From NCBI GenBank assembly GCA_943704415.1, contig CALSCO010001647.1, positions 1 through 61,331 on the forward strand: DNA of 61,331 bases, written 5' to 3'. Positions within the stretch are counted from its first letter, which is position 1. The number at the start of each line of letters is the position of its first letter. The notes beneath the pieces were generated by a model. That model saw nothing but the letters and a program-made list of their open reading frames with translations, searched no databases and was not told where the DNA came from. Source of the DNA: Parvularia atlantis (Eukaryota). A program made the translations under genes and the position numbers. Of this stretch, positions 23,744-37,600 are shown piece by piece.

Positions 23744-25514
23744 ATGGCTGCCACATCCGCCGCCGCCGCAGCGACCTCGGCCGACGACGCCGAGGCCAAG
23801 GCCAACGACGTGGGCAACACCGACGTCGTGCAAAAGTACAAGGTCGCGGCCGAGATCGCGAACGGTGCGCCGGACGCCGTCGCTTGCGCACGCCGTGTTT
23901 CTCAGGCGGCCAGCAGACGCGCTCAAGGTGGTGCTCGCGGCCGTCGCGCCGGGCAAGGCCGTGGTCGAGCTGTGCAAGCTGGGCGACGCGCGCATCCAGA
24001 GCCGCGTGCGCTCGGTGGCCGCCGCGCGGTCCGCCGCCGTGGCTGAACGCGGGGCTGCGCTCAGGCCGAGGGTGTCTACGGCAAGCTCGAGCGCGGCGTC
24101 GCCTTCCCGACGTGCGTCTCGGCCAACCACTGCGCGGGGCACTGCTCGCCGCTGGCCGACGACACGGCGGTGCTCGCGGAGGGCGACGTGGTGCGCAACA
24201 CGCGCGTGCTCGTGGGATCGGGCTCCGGCTCATGTCGTCCATCAGGTCAAGGTCGACCTCGGCGTGCACGTCGACGGCTACCTCGCGCTCGCGGCGGAGA
24301 CGGTCGTGGTGAGCGGCACCGGCGCCGAGGCTGTGGCAGTCGAGGGGCGCGCCGCCGATGTGCTCGCAGCGGCGTACGTCGGCGCCGAGGCCGGTGCGCA
24401 GCGACGGCGAACGCGACGCATCGCGCACCTGGCTGAGCCGTTCCGCACGCCACAGCGCTGCGTCTGCTGCGTCCGGGTAACACCAACACGCAGGTGACCG
24501 CGGCGCTGGCCAAGGTCGCCGCGGCGTACAACTGCCGGCCGGTCGAGGACGTGCTGTCGCACCAGATGAAGCGCTACGTGATCGACGGGCCAAAGGCGCG
24601 GGCGGGCGCAGCGGCCGGCATCGTCAAGCGCGCTGATGCCGTCCTCGCGTGCAGGTCATTCTCGGCCGCGAGGACCCGGACAACAGCGTGCACGTGGACG
24701 AGGTCGTGTTTGAGCTGGGCGAGGTGTACTGCGTCGACGTGCTCATGTCGACGGGCGAGGGTGCGCAGCGCAGCGCAAGTGGCCGCGCCTCACGCCGCGT
24801 GCGCGCCCCAGGTGCGACCAAGGAGGGCGAGGCCAAGGCGACCGTGTTCCGGCGCAACGTCGACACGTCGTACAGCCTCAAGATGAAGGGTAGGCTGCTC
24901 GCGGCTGTACAGGCGCAGCCTCACGCGGCCGACCGCCTCAGCCTCGCGCACGCTCCTGTCCGAGGCCACAAAGCGGTTCCCAACTCTGCCCTTCCCGCTG
25001 CGCGCGCTCGACGAGGACCGCAAGGCGCGGTTGGGCATTGTCGAGTGCCTCAACCACGACCTGTTCACGCCCTTCCCGATCCTGTACGAGAAGCCCGGTG
25101 AGCGCGTGCGAGCGACGCGGGTCCCAGACCGTATGCTCACGCCGCACGCGCGCACAGGCGAACTCGTTGCGCAGTGCAAGTTCACGATCGTACTGATGCC
25201 GTCCGGCCCGCAGAAGATCACGAGCTTCCAGCAGCCGGCGTACGTCAAGTCGAGGTGCGTGCGCGCTGTACCGCCCCCGCCCCCGCACCCGCACCCGCAC
25301 CCGTACCCGCACCCGCACCCGCACAGCGAGCACCCACACGCGCGCCCCGCGCAGCCTCTCGGTGACCGATCCGGACCTCATCGCGCTGCTCGCCCAGTCG
25401 GCTGCGCCGAAGAAGAACAAGAAGGGCAAGAAGAAGGCCAAGGCGGGCACGGCGGCGGGCAGCGCAGGGACCGCGCCGGCCGACGAGGGCGACGAGGGCG
25501 ACGACGCCGAGTGA
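23744..25514 (+). CDS. PA2G4: Proliferation-associated protein 2G4 (Ebp1)
   Basis: [84 protein letters not shown]; Lys-rich tail. Confidence 0.95.
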
Positions 25515-25543
25515 ACACAGGCTCACGTTTGTGCAGATTGGCC

Positions 25544-27405
25544 ATGCTGCATCGCCCCCTCGTTGACGTCGCGGTCGTCGGCGGCGGCATCGTTGGCACG
25601 GCGCTGGCTGCGGCGCTCGGTGCGCGCCATGCATCGCTGCGGCACGTGTCAAACCGGGCGGCCACGCACAGCGCGCCACGCCGACCTGCGCGGGCTGCGC
25701 GTCGCGCTCGTGGACGCGATGTCCGCGCCGATCGCTGTCGCGACCGAGCAGCACACGTTCGATCACCGCGTCTTCAGCCTCACGCCGCGGTCGGCGACGT
25801 TCCTGCGCGGTGCGTGTCGCGTGCGAGCGGCAAAGCGATCGGCGTCTGAGGCCGCGGTGGCGATCGCCAGAGCGCGTCGGCTGGGACGTCGACGGCTCGC
25901 CGCGCGCCAAGCCGTTCACGCGAATGGAGGTCTGTCTCGGCGGGCGAGGGGCGCGGCGCAGCTGAGCGTGGACGTGCCGCAGGTGTGGGACGCGCTTGGT
26001 GATGGGCGCATCAGCTTCGACGCGGCCGAGGCGCGGCAGCCGCGCCTGGGCCTGTTTGTCGAGAACGCGGTCGTGCATCGCGGCGTGTACGCGGTGGCGC
26101 AGGGTGCGGTCGACGTGCGCGCGCCGGACAGCGTCGAGGCCCTGGCGCACGACGGCGCGCCGCCAGCGCACATGGCCACCGAGCCGTGGATGCGCCTGTG
26201 TCTGCGCTCGGGCGGCGAGCTGCTTGCGCGGCTCGTGGTGCGCGGTGCACACGATCGCCAGCTTCGGCAGACAGGCTCACCCGCGCACGCAGATCGGCGC
26301 AGACGGCGCGCAGTCGGCCGTGCGCCGCCTCGCGGGGCTCGACACGGTCGGCTGGGACTACCAACAGATGGGCGTCGTGGCCACGCTAGCGCTGCGCCCG
26401 TCCGAGACGCGCCCCGTGAACGACACGGCCTACCAGCGCTTCCTGCCGACGGGGCCGATCGCGCTGCTGCCGGTGGTGCTGACGCTGCGCACGCTGCGGC
26501 CCGTCTGACGCCCGCGTCGGCGGCCGCAGCTGGACGACGCCCACAGCTCGCTCGTCTGGTCCACGACGCCCGCCAACGCGCGCCTGCTCAAGTCGATGCC
26601 GCCGGACCGCTTCGCCGCCGCGGTCAACACGGCGCTGCACGAGTCCATGTTCCGGCTGGACGAGGCGCTGGCGGACGCAGCAGGCGACGCGCCGTACGAG
26701 CCCATGTATGGCGGCGTGTCGTACGAGCGGTGGAAGGGCGTTGCGAACGCGGGGCTCGCGCCCCACGTCGACCGCGTCCTCGACGACTCGCGCGCGCTCT
26801 TTCCGCTCAGCCTGCGCCACGCGCCGCAGTACGCCTGCCCGCGCGTCGCACTGGTCGGGTGCGTGCTTCTTCGCGGGGCTGCGGGCGGGCTCACGAGCGC
26901 GTCTGCAGCGACGCCGCGCACGTCGTGCACCCGCTGGCTGGCCAGGGGCTCAACTTGGGCCTGGCGGACGCGGAAGAGCTCGTGATCGTGCTGGCCGAGG
27001 TGCGTGCGCTGGAGCCGCGGGCCTGCATGTCTCACTGGTATGGGCGCGCAGGCACACCGCAGCGGGCAGGACCTTGGCGACGTGCTCGTGCTGGAGGAGT
27101 ACGCACGGCGGCGGCAGCTCAGGCACACGACGAGCGGCCGCAGCGTTGCGCGCTCCAGCTGACAACGCGCGCGCGGCGCGCAGCAATCTGCCGGTCATGA
27201 TCGGCATCCACGCGCTGCAGCGGCTCTTTGGCACGCAGCTCGAGCCGCTCGTGTGGCTGCGGTCGGTCGGCCTCAGCGCGACGTCGGCCGCGGGGCCACT
27301 TAAGGTGCGCGCACAAGCCACGCAGCCTGCAGCACTCTGACGCACGCGCACGCGACGCAGACGGCGATAATGGCGCAGGCGATGGGCGTCGGCGTGCCGC
27401 TGTAG
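25544..27405 (+). CDS. COQ6: Ubiquinone biosynthesis FAD monooxygenase
   Basis: DVAVVGGGIVG, IGADGAQSAVR, AYQRFLPTGPIALLP, SSLVWS, FPLSLRHA..Y, ALVGDAAHVVHPLAGQGLNLG. Confidence 0.95.
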
Positions 27406-27407
27406 GC

Positions 27408-27644
27408 TCATGCGTGTTGTACAGGTGCTGAAGTGCGCAGCGCAGCCCGGAGCTTTGCAGAGCGCGCGCGCGGGTTCGCGGCGACCTCGGCCGGCGACGG
27501 CGTGACGACGCCCTTGAACATGGGCTCGAACGTGCCGGTGCCCGCACGCCTCCTCTCGGCATCGCCCAGCATAAGGCGCTTGACGATGCGGTCCTCGAGC
27601 GAGTGGTAGCTGAGCACTGCCGGCGCGGTGTTGGCAGCATGCGT

Positions 27645-27687
<43 letters not shown>

Positions 27688-28679
27688 CTCACACACACAC
27701 ACACACACACATACCGATCAGGAACCCGCCAGGCTCGAGCATCGTCTCGATATCACGCAGGCCCTGCTCAAGCTCGGTGAGCTGCGCGGCACGCGCCGTC
27801 AGGCCATGCTGGCACGAGACCGGTGCACACCTCGTCATTGACCATGATGCGCAGGGCCTGGAACGTGCGCGTGGCCGGGTGTCGCTCGACGTCGTCCGCG
27901 CCATCGCCGTCGGACGCAGGCACGACGCTGTGCACAAGGTCGGCCAGCTGCGCCGTCGTCGTGAGTGGGCCATGACGGCGGCGCCACTCGACGATCGCGC
28001 GCGCGATGCGCCCGGCCTGGCGCTCCTCGCCGTACTGCGCACAGACACGCGTTACGTGCCGGTTGGCGACCACGCGGCCACCACGCACGCGCCGAATGCC
28101 GTCCGCGAGCGCGCCGTGGTCGAGCGTGTTGACGAGGTCAGCGGCCGACGGCGCGGTCGTGTCGGTCTGGTCCATGCGCATGTCGAGCGGGCCATCGAGG
28201 CGGAAGGCAAAGCCGCGCGGCGCCTGATCGAGCTGCACCAATCCCCAAAATGGTCAGTTGGCTGCTCGCGCGCACGCGATGTCGACGAGCGACCTGCATC
28301 GACGACACGCCGAGGTCGAGCAGCGCGCCCGCGAGCCGCGCGACGGGCGCGGGCCGCAGCGCGCGCAGGCGCCGGCGGATCTCGCTGAAGCGCATGTGCA
28401 CAGGCAACACGATGCGCCGCGGCTGCACTTCAGCCGCGAGGGCGCGCGCGTTGTCGACGGCGGCGGCGTCGCGGTCGGCCGCGATCAGCGCGATGCGCGG
28501 TGCGCGCTCTGTGCTCGCGTTTGCCGTCAGTCGCATGCCACATCGCCCCGATCGCACGCACCGAGCAGCAGCCGCGCGTGCCCGCCCGCGCCAAACGTCG
28601 CGTCGAGCACGGCACCGGCCGCGTCGGCGCGCACGAGCGCCGCGACCTCTCGCGCGAGCACAGGCACATGGCCGCTCAT
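27408..28679 (-). CDS. METTL15: rRNA m4C methyltransferase RsmH/MraW family
   Basis: [90 protein letters not shown]. Confidence 0.95.
27646..27711. repeat. (CA)n microsatellite inside a METTL15 intron
   Basis: Near-perfect CA run with two interruptions. Confidence 0.95.
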
Positions 28680-28702
28680 CACAGATATCTACACGCAAAT
28701 AA

Positions 28703-31700
28703 ATGCTGTCTGCTAAGCAAAAGGCGTTCCGTGCGTCGCTTGCTCTCTCGCGCGCCTCGCCGCGGGCTGACGTTCCCGCCGCCGCCGCAGTCGGCAAGCA
28801 GGGCCCGCCCGGCTACGTGCCCGGCCTCGGCCGCGGGTGCGCGTCACGTGTGCGTGGTGCCCGACGGCGCCGCTGACGCGACGCAGCGCGACCGGGTTCA
28901 CGACCCGGTCCGACATTGGCCCCGCCGCGCCGGCCGTGCCGACCGAGGGCGTGCCCGAGAAGAAGAAGGCCGGGGGCGAAGGCGACGAGAGCGAGCAAAA
29001 GACCGGCTCGGACAACGAGGTGCGGGGGCGCCCGGCGCCGGGCTGCGCACACGTGATCTGACGCGCGGCGGCGGCACACAGGATGAGGCCGGGCTGCTGT
29101 CGGGCGGGCCGTACGAGGCCGACGACCGCGAGGCCGACGCAATCTACGCCGCCGTCGACGCCAAGATGGACGAGCGGCGGAAGAAGCGCAGGGAGGAACG
29201 CGAGAAGGAGGAGCTGGCAAAGTACCGCGAGCTCCGGCCCAAGATCCAGCAGCAGTTTGCCGACCTCAAGCGCGACCTGGCCAGCGTGAGCGAGAGCGAG
29301 TGGGCAGCCATCCCGGACATCGGCGACCGCAGCATCAAGCGCAAGCGCCTCGAACGGTGCGGCGGTCGCGCGCAGCCGATCGACACGCGCCGCAGCGGGC
29401 CGACGCCTGGCGCAGGTACACGCCCGTGCCAGACTCGATCCTCGCCAAGGCCCGCGCCGACACCGAGATCGTCACGACGCTCGACGCGCGGCAGCAGGCC
29501 ATCGGCGGCTTCGAGACGCCCGCAACGCCGGTCCTGGCCGACCTGAAGCAGATCGGCGAGGCGCGCGGCGCCGTGCTCGGTGTCAAGCTCGACCAGGTCG
29601 CGGACTCGGTCTCGGGCCAGACCGTCGTCGACCCCAAGGGCTATCTGACCGACCTCAAGTCGATGGTGCTCAAGACCGACGCCGAGATCGGGTGCGCTGT
29701 GCCCCTTTGGTCACGCCAAGCGACGCCGTGCTGAACGCGCACACGCCGCGTGCAGCGACATCAAGAAGGCGCGCCTCCTGCTCAAGTCTGTCACGACGAC
29801 GAACCCGAAGCACCCGCCTGGGTGGATCGCCGCGGCGCGCGTGGAGGAGGTTGCGGGCAAGATGGCCGCGGCGCGCGAGATTATCGCGCAGGGCTGCGTT
29901 GAGTGTCCAAAGTCGGAGGACGTGTGGCTCGAGTCGGCGCGGCTCAACGTGCGTGCGCGTGCGCTGCGTGCGACCGCCGGCTGGCGCGAATGCTTACGCA
30001 GGCCCTGGTCAGACGCACGAGAATGCCAAGATCATTCTCGCCAACGCCGTTCGACAGATCCCGCTGTCGGTTAAGATCTGGCTACGCGCGGCCGAGCTCG
30101 AGAAGGACGTCAAGGCGCAGAAAAAGGTGTGCGCCGGGCTGCACAGGCGTAAGGCTCGTTGACGACAACGGGCGGGCGGGCGGTTGTCTAGGTGCTCCGG
30201 CGCGCTCTCGAGCTGATCCCAAACTCGTACCGCCTGTGGAAGGCCGCGGTGCAGCTCGAAGAGGACCCGGAGGACGCGCGCGTGATGCTCGGGCGTGCGG
30301 TTGAGTGTGCGTGGGCGCCGCCAGTGCGACACGGGCGCGACGCCTCACGCCCGCCACAGGTATCCCCGACAACGTCGAGCTGTGGCTGGCGCTCGCACGG
30401 CTCGAGACGTACGAGAACGCGCGCAAGGTGTTCAATGAGGCGCGTAAGAACTGCCCGGGCTCGCACGAGATCTGGATCGCCGCGGCGGAGCTTGAGGAGA
30501 CGAACAGCAACCACGCGATGGTGCCGTGGCCCGGACTGCTTCGTCACCCCAGCTCGCTCACTCGGCGCGCGGCAGGTCGACACGATCATCAAGCGTGGTG
30601 TTGAGACGCTCACGCTGGCCGAGGTCAACATCAAGCGCGAGCAGTGGATCAAAGAGGCGCAGGAGGCCGAGAAGAACAAGTTTGTGACGACGTGCCAGGT
30701 GCGCAGCCGCGGCTCGAGCGGCCGGGCGCTGTCTGACCCACGCGTCGCACGCAGGCGATCACGCGCCACACGATCGGCCTGGGCGTAGAGGAGGCCGACC
30801 GCAAGACGACGTGGATGGAGGACGCCGAGAGCGCGATGGCCAACGGGTTCATCGAGACGGCACGGGCGATCTTTGCGCACACGCTGTCGTTCTTCCCAAA
30901 GGCGCGCGCCCGCGTGGGCGTGCGGACGGGCCATGCTGACGCGTCGCGCGCTGCAGAAAAAGTCCATCTGGATCCGCGCCGCGTTCCTCGAGAAGAACCA
31001 CGGCACGCGCAAGTCGCTCGAGGAGCTGCTGCAGCGCGCGGTCACGTACTGCCCGCACGCCGAGGTTCTGTGGCTGATGGGCGCAAAGGAGAAGTGGCTG
31101 GCGGTGCGCCTACGCCTGCGTTCTGCGCGCCGGCCCGCTTACGGGCATGCGCGTGCGCGTGCGCAGGGCGAGATCGACCAGGCCCGCGCGATCCTGCAGG
31201 AGGCGTTCCACGTCATCGGCGACTCGGAGCAGATCTGGCTTGCGGCCATCAAGCTCGAGAGCGAGAACGGCGAGTACATCCGCGCCCGCACGCTGCTCGA
31301 GCGTGCGCGCGACCGCGCCGGCACGCAGCGCGTCTGGCTCAAGTCGGTCGCGCTTGAGCGCCAGCTGGGCAACACGGACCAGGTGCGACGAGGGGCGCAG
31401 GACGTGCGGCGTGCTTGACGCGTGCTGTGCAGGCACGCATGCTGCTGGAGCAGGCGCGCGCCAAGTATCCTGCGTTTGATAAGCTGTGGATGATGAGCGG
31501 GCAAGTCGAGGAGGCCGTGGGCAACACAGACAAGGCGCGCGAGATGTACGCCGGTGGGCTGAAGGAGTGTCCGGTGCGCCCTGCCGTCACGGCCGCTGTT
31601 CTTGCCCATCTGACGTGCGCGCGTGCGCAAGACATCTATCCCGCTCTGGATCCTTGCCGCGCGCCTGGAGGAGACTGCGGGCGCACCCGTCAAGGCGCGC

Positions 31701-32355
31701 GCCATCATCGAGAAGGCCAGGATACGCAATCCCAAGACGCCGCTGCTGTGGCTCGAGGCGGTCAAGATCGAGACGCGCTTCAACAACCCGCAGCTCGCCA
31801 AGACGCTCATGGCCAAGGGTGCGCGCGCCTGCCGCTGTGTACGCGCATCCCTCGCGGCCCACACCCACACGCGCGCAACGCAGCGCTGCAGGAGAACCCC
31901 AACTCGGGCCTGCTTTGGGCCGAGGCGATCTTCATGGAAGCGCGGCCGCAGCGGCGCAGCAAGTCGGTCGACGCGCTCAAAAAGTGCGACAACGACGTGC
32001 ACGTGGTCGTCGCGGTGGCGCGCCTGTTCTGGGCCGAGCGGCACGTGGACAAGGCGCGGACGTGGTGCGTCACGGGCCGCTCCCTGCCTGCCTGCCTAGC
32101 ATCTCACGCGCGTGACGGCGCAGGTTCAACAAGGCCGTCAAGGTCGACCCGGACAACGGCGACGCCTGGGCCTACTTCCTCAAGTTTGAGATCCAGCACG
32201 GCGACGAGGCCGCACGCGACGACGTGATCAAGCGGTGCGTCGCCGCCGACCCGCACCACGGGCTCGTCTGGCCGACCGTGAGCAAGGCCGTCGAGAACGC
32301 GGGCAAGAGCCCCGCGCAGATCCTCGCGCTCGTGGCGGCGAAGCTGGATGTGTAA
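28703..32355 (+). CDS. PRPF6: Pre-mRNA processing factor 6
   Basis: [79 protein letters not shown], many HAT repeats. Confidence 0.97.
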
Positions 32356-32426
32356 CTTGTTGCCCATGACTCTGAATGTGGGCTCAAGTCCGTCACGGGG
32401 TTCGCAATTGAGCTGCAGACGTGCCC

Positions 32427-34607
<2,181 letters not shown>

Positions 34608-34641
34608 CAGCGGTAGAGTACATGGCGCTGTACATGGATCA

Positions 34642-37600
34642 TCATGCGTTGAGCGCACGCAGCGCCTCCTGCAACGGCTCCAGCCGCTCGAGCGCCCGGG
34701 TCGCGCGCAGCCGTTCGTAGTAGATCGGGCAGTCGAGCGACACGCACGGGATAACGGCGTCGGACACGCCCATGCAGTTGCGACAGACCTGGAAGCGCGC
34801 CGCAGTGAGTGAGCGAGCGTGCGTGCGTGCACCCACGGGGGCACGGCCCACCCTAGCTAGGTGCGCCATCGCGCGCTGGGCGTCACGCAGGAGGACTATG
34901 GCAGTGAGCGTCGTCTGCTGCGGCTTGGCGAGGCACTCTTCGCACAGGACTGCGCCCGCAGTCAGGACGCCTGCAAAGGGCGGCGGAAAGCACGCACCGT
35001 CGTTCGTCGCCGTGCGGCAGATCTGGCAGTGCGACGACTGGTAGAATGCATCAATCGTCTTGACGCCGCGGACGTTGCCCCGCGCGCGCCCCTGCGCGAT
35101 CGGCCAGCCCTTCGCGTCATACACGACGCCGTTGCTGCTGCTGCCGACCGCCTTGCTGCCCTCGGCGGCACCCTCGCCCGGTCGCACGGCCGCGCGGTGC
35201 ACGCGCGGCAGCTCGGCAAACCACGCCATCAGGTCTGCACTGGCCTCATCAGCGACGTCGGGTGAGCCGCAAACGCGCGACGCCTACCGGCTCCGACCAT
35301 GTTGAGCACGCGCGCGACGGCCGGGATGATCTGCTTGGTGATGTAGTACGTCCCGTGCAGCCGCAGCGACCTGCACGTGCGCGCTCGTCGTGTCACAGCA
35401 GTGACAGGCGCGCCGCCGACTGACGCACTTGTCCCGCAGCAGCTGCTCCGGCGGCACCACGAGGTCCATCAGGCGCGACTGCGGCCCCCCGTAGACGACA
35501 ACGTAGCGCACGCGCTCGCCAAAGCGCGGCTCGGCGCGCGGATCTGTGCTCATGCGGTGCGTCGCGACGAGCGCCGAGGGCGGGAGCGGCCCTCGGTTGC
35601 TGCGAGATTAGCCATGAGCGCCAGCCGCAGAGCCGCATAACAATCGCGCACCTGTACGTGCCCAGCCGCACCTCCTTCGAGAAGACAAAGTCCTGCACCG
35701 ACACGCGCCCGTTGAGAATCTTGACCCACTGGCGCTGCAGGTACGCCTTGATCTCGGACAGGTCCTGCGTGCGAAAGAGCATCCTGCGCGCCCGTGACCA
35801 AGGTCAGCGCCACGCTCGCCTGCGCACGCCCGCGCCAACGCACTTGATCGTGCGCTCGAGCGTCTTGGACACCGCGGGGCACGTGTCACGACGGACGGTC
35901 TCAATGCCCTTGGCGTCAAACGTCGGCTCCTTGTCCTCGGGCGACTCGTACATGAATCCGACGTAGCGCTTCTTGGTCAGGAGCACGCACGGGTGATACA
36001 CCTGCACGCAACGCGCAACGTGTCACGCGGCAGCTGGCATGCAACGCCTGCTGTGCGCCTTCTCAAACTTGAGCTTCATCGGCTTTGGGTTGAGCGCGCT
36101 GATGCGCTCCGAGATCGCCTGGACGCGCGAGGCAACGGTCAGCACACGATGCGCGACAAGCGCTGCCGCGCACCTTGCCCACGCGAAAGGCCTCGTCGCG
36201 CGTTGCACCGGGCATGTGCACAAAGAGGCTGCCGCGCCGCGGCGTGAGCCGGCGAGCCCGCGCGCTTGTGCTGCGGCGCACCTGTCCGTGTCGCCGTACA
36301 CGACGTGGCAGCCTGCAAACTCCTCCTCGATCGTGCGCGCCGAGCGCTCGAGCGTCTCGCGCGCGGTCTGCACAATGGCGTCGGCGACTGCGCGTGCGTC
36401 AGTACATGCGAAGCGGAGAGGCTCAGCGTCGCACCTTCAGCGCACGGCATGCGGCCCGAGAAAGACGCCGAGGTGTAGCCGTACGTGACGTTGGCGATGA
36501 GCTTGAGGCCGAGCTGGCGCGCGTCGAGGATGCGCGCGAGGATCTGCAGGCGTGTCAGCAGCTGGCCGCGTTTGTGTCGCGCGCGCGCGCGCGCGCGAGT
36601 GCGCACCTTGTTGCCCTTGTTGCGCTTGAGCGACTTCTTGACCATGACGCGCGTGTCGAGAATCTCGAGCAGCATCCGCGGCAGCACGCCCTGGCGCACG
36701 GCGGGCGAGACAAACATTACACCGTTGGGCGAGACTATGCGCGCGCGTGAGCTCGGCTGCGCACAGAGTCGCGTGTCGCGCACCGCGGATGTCGTCCTTG
36801 AGCGCGCTCAGCAGGCCCGGCGGCGTCGCCAGCGAGCACGCGCCAAACTTCTTGCCCAGGGGCCCGCTGGACGCCGCGACCCGCCCGAGGCACGTGCTGA
36901 AGCAGTAGTTGTACGCGATCATGATGGACGGGTAGAGCGACTGGAAGTCGAGCACGAGCACGGGCGAGTTGTAGAAGCGCGACTCGGGCTCCATCACGAG
37001 TGGGATGCTCTCGGGCGCGCGCTGGTTCTCGACCTGGCGCTTGCTCGGCGCCACGGCCACAAAGTTCTCCTGCTTGGCTAGGCGCAGCATCATCGACTCG
37101 ACCCGGTACTGCGAGCCACGGCTGATGACCGAGAAGAAGTCGATGCCGTACACGCGCGCAAACTCGCTCGTGCGCCCGACAATGTCCAGCTCCTCGATCA
37201 GCTGCAGGTTCTTCTGTACCCGGTCGAAGAAGTAGCGCATCGCGCGCCAGCGGCTTGCGCGCCCCTGCAGCCACCACCCGATCTGCGTCGCAGGCGTGAC
37301 AAACGGCACGCGCTGGTGCAGCACATGGTAGACCACGTTCTCGAACGAGTAGACGCTCAGCGGTAGATCCGACCGCAGGATGCGCCACAAGTTGAACACG
37401 ACGCGTCCCGTCACCGCCAGGCCCGAGTTTTGCCGGTAGTTGTAGCCCTCCTGGTCGGCCTCGAAGCCGTCCACGCCGACCGCGTACGCCGCGTGCACGC
37501 GCGACAGCTCCGTCGCGAGCGCATCGCGCCCGATCTGCTTCGCCCGGTCGATGATGTAGCCCCACGAGCTGCGCTGAATCTCAAAGCCCACGAGCACGTC

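Noticed and set aside
30355..30370. GTATCC resembling a U12 donor in PRP6
   Set aside because: It follows a CAG acceptor and is coding ([11 protein letters not shown]).
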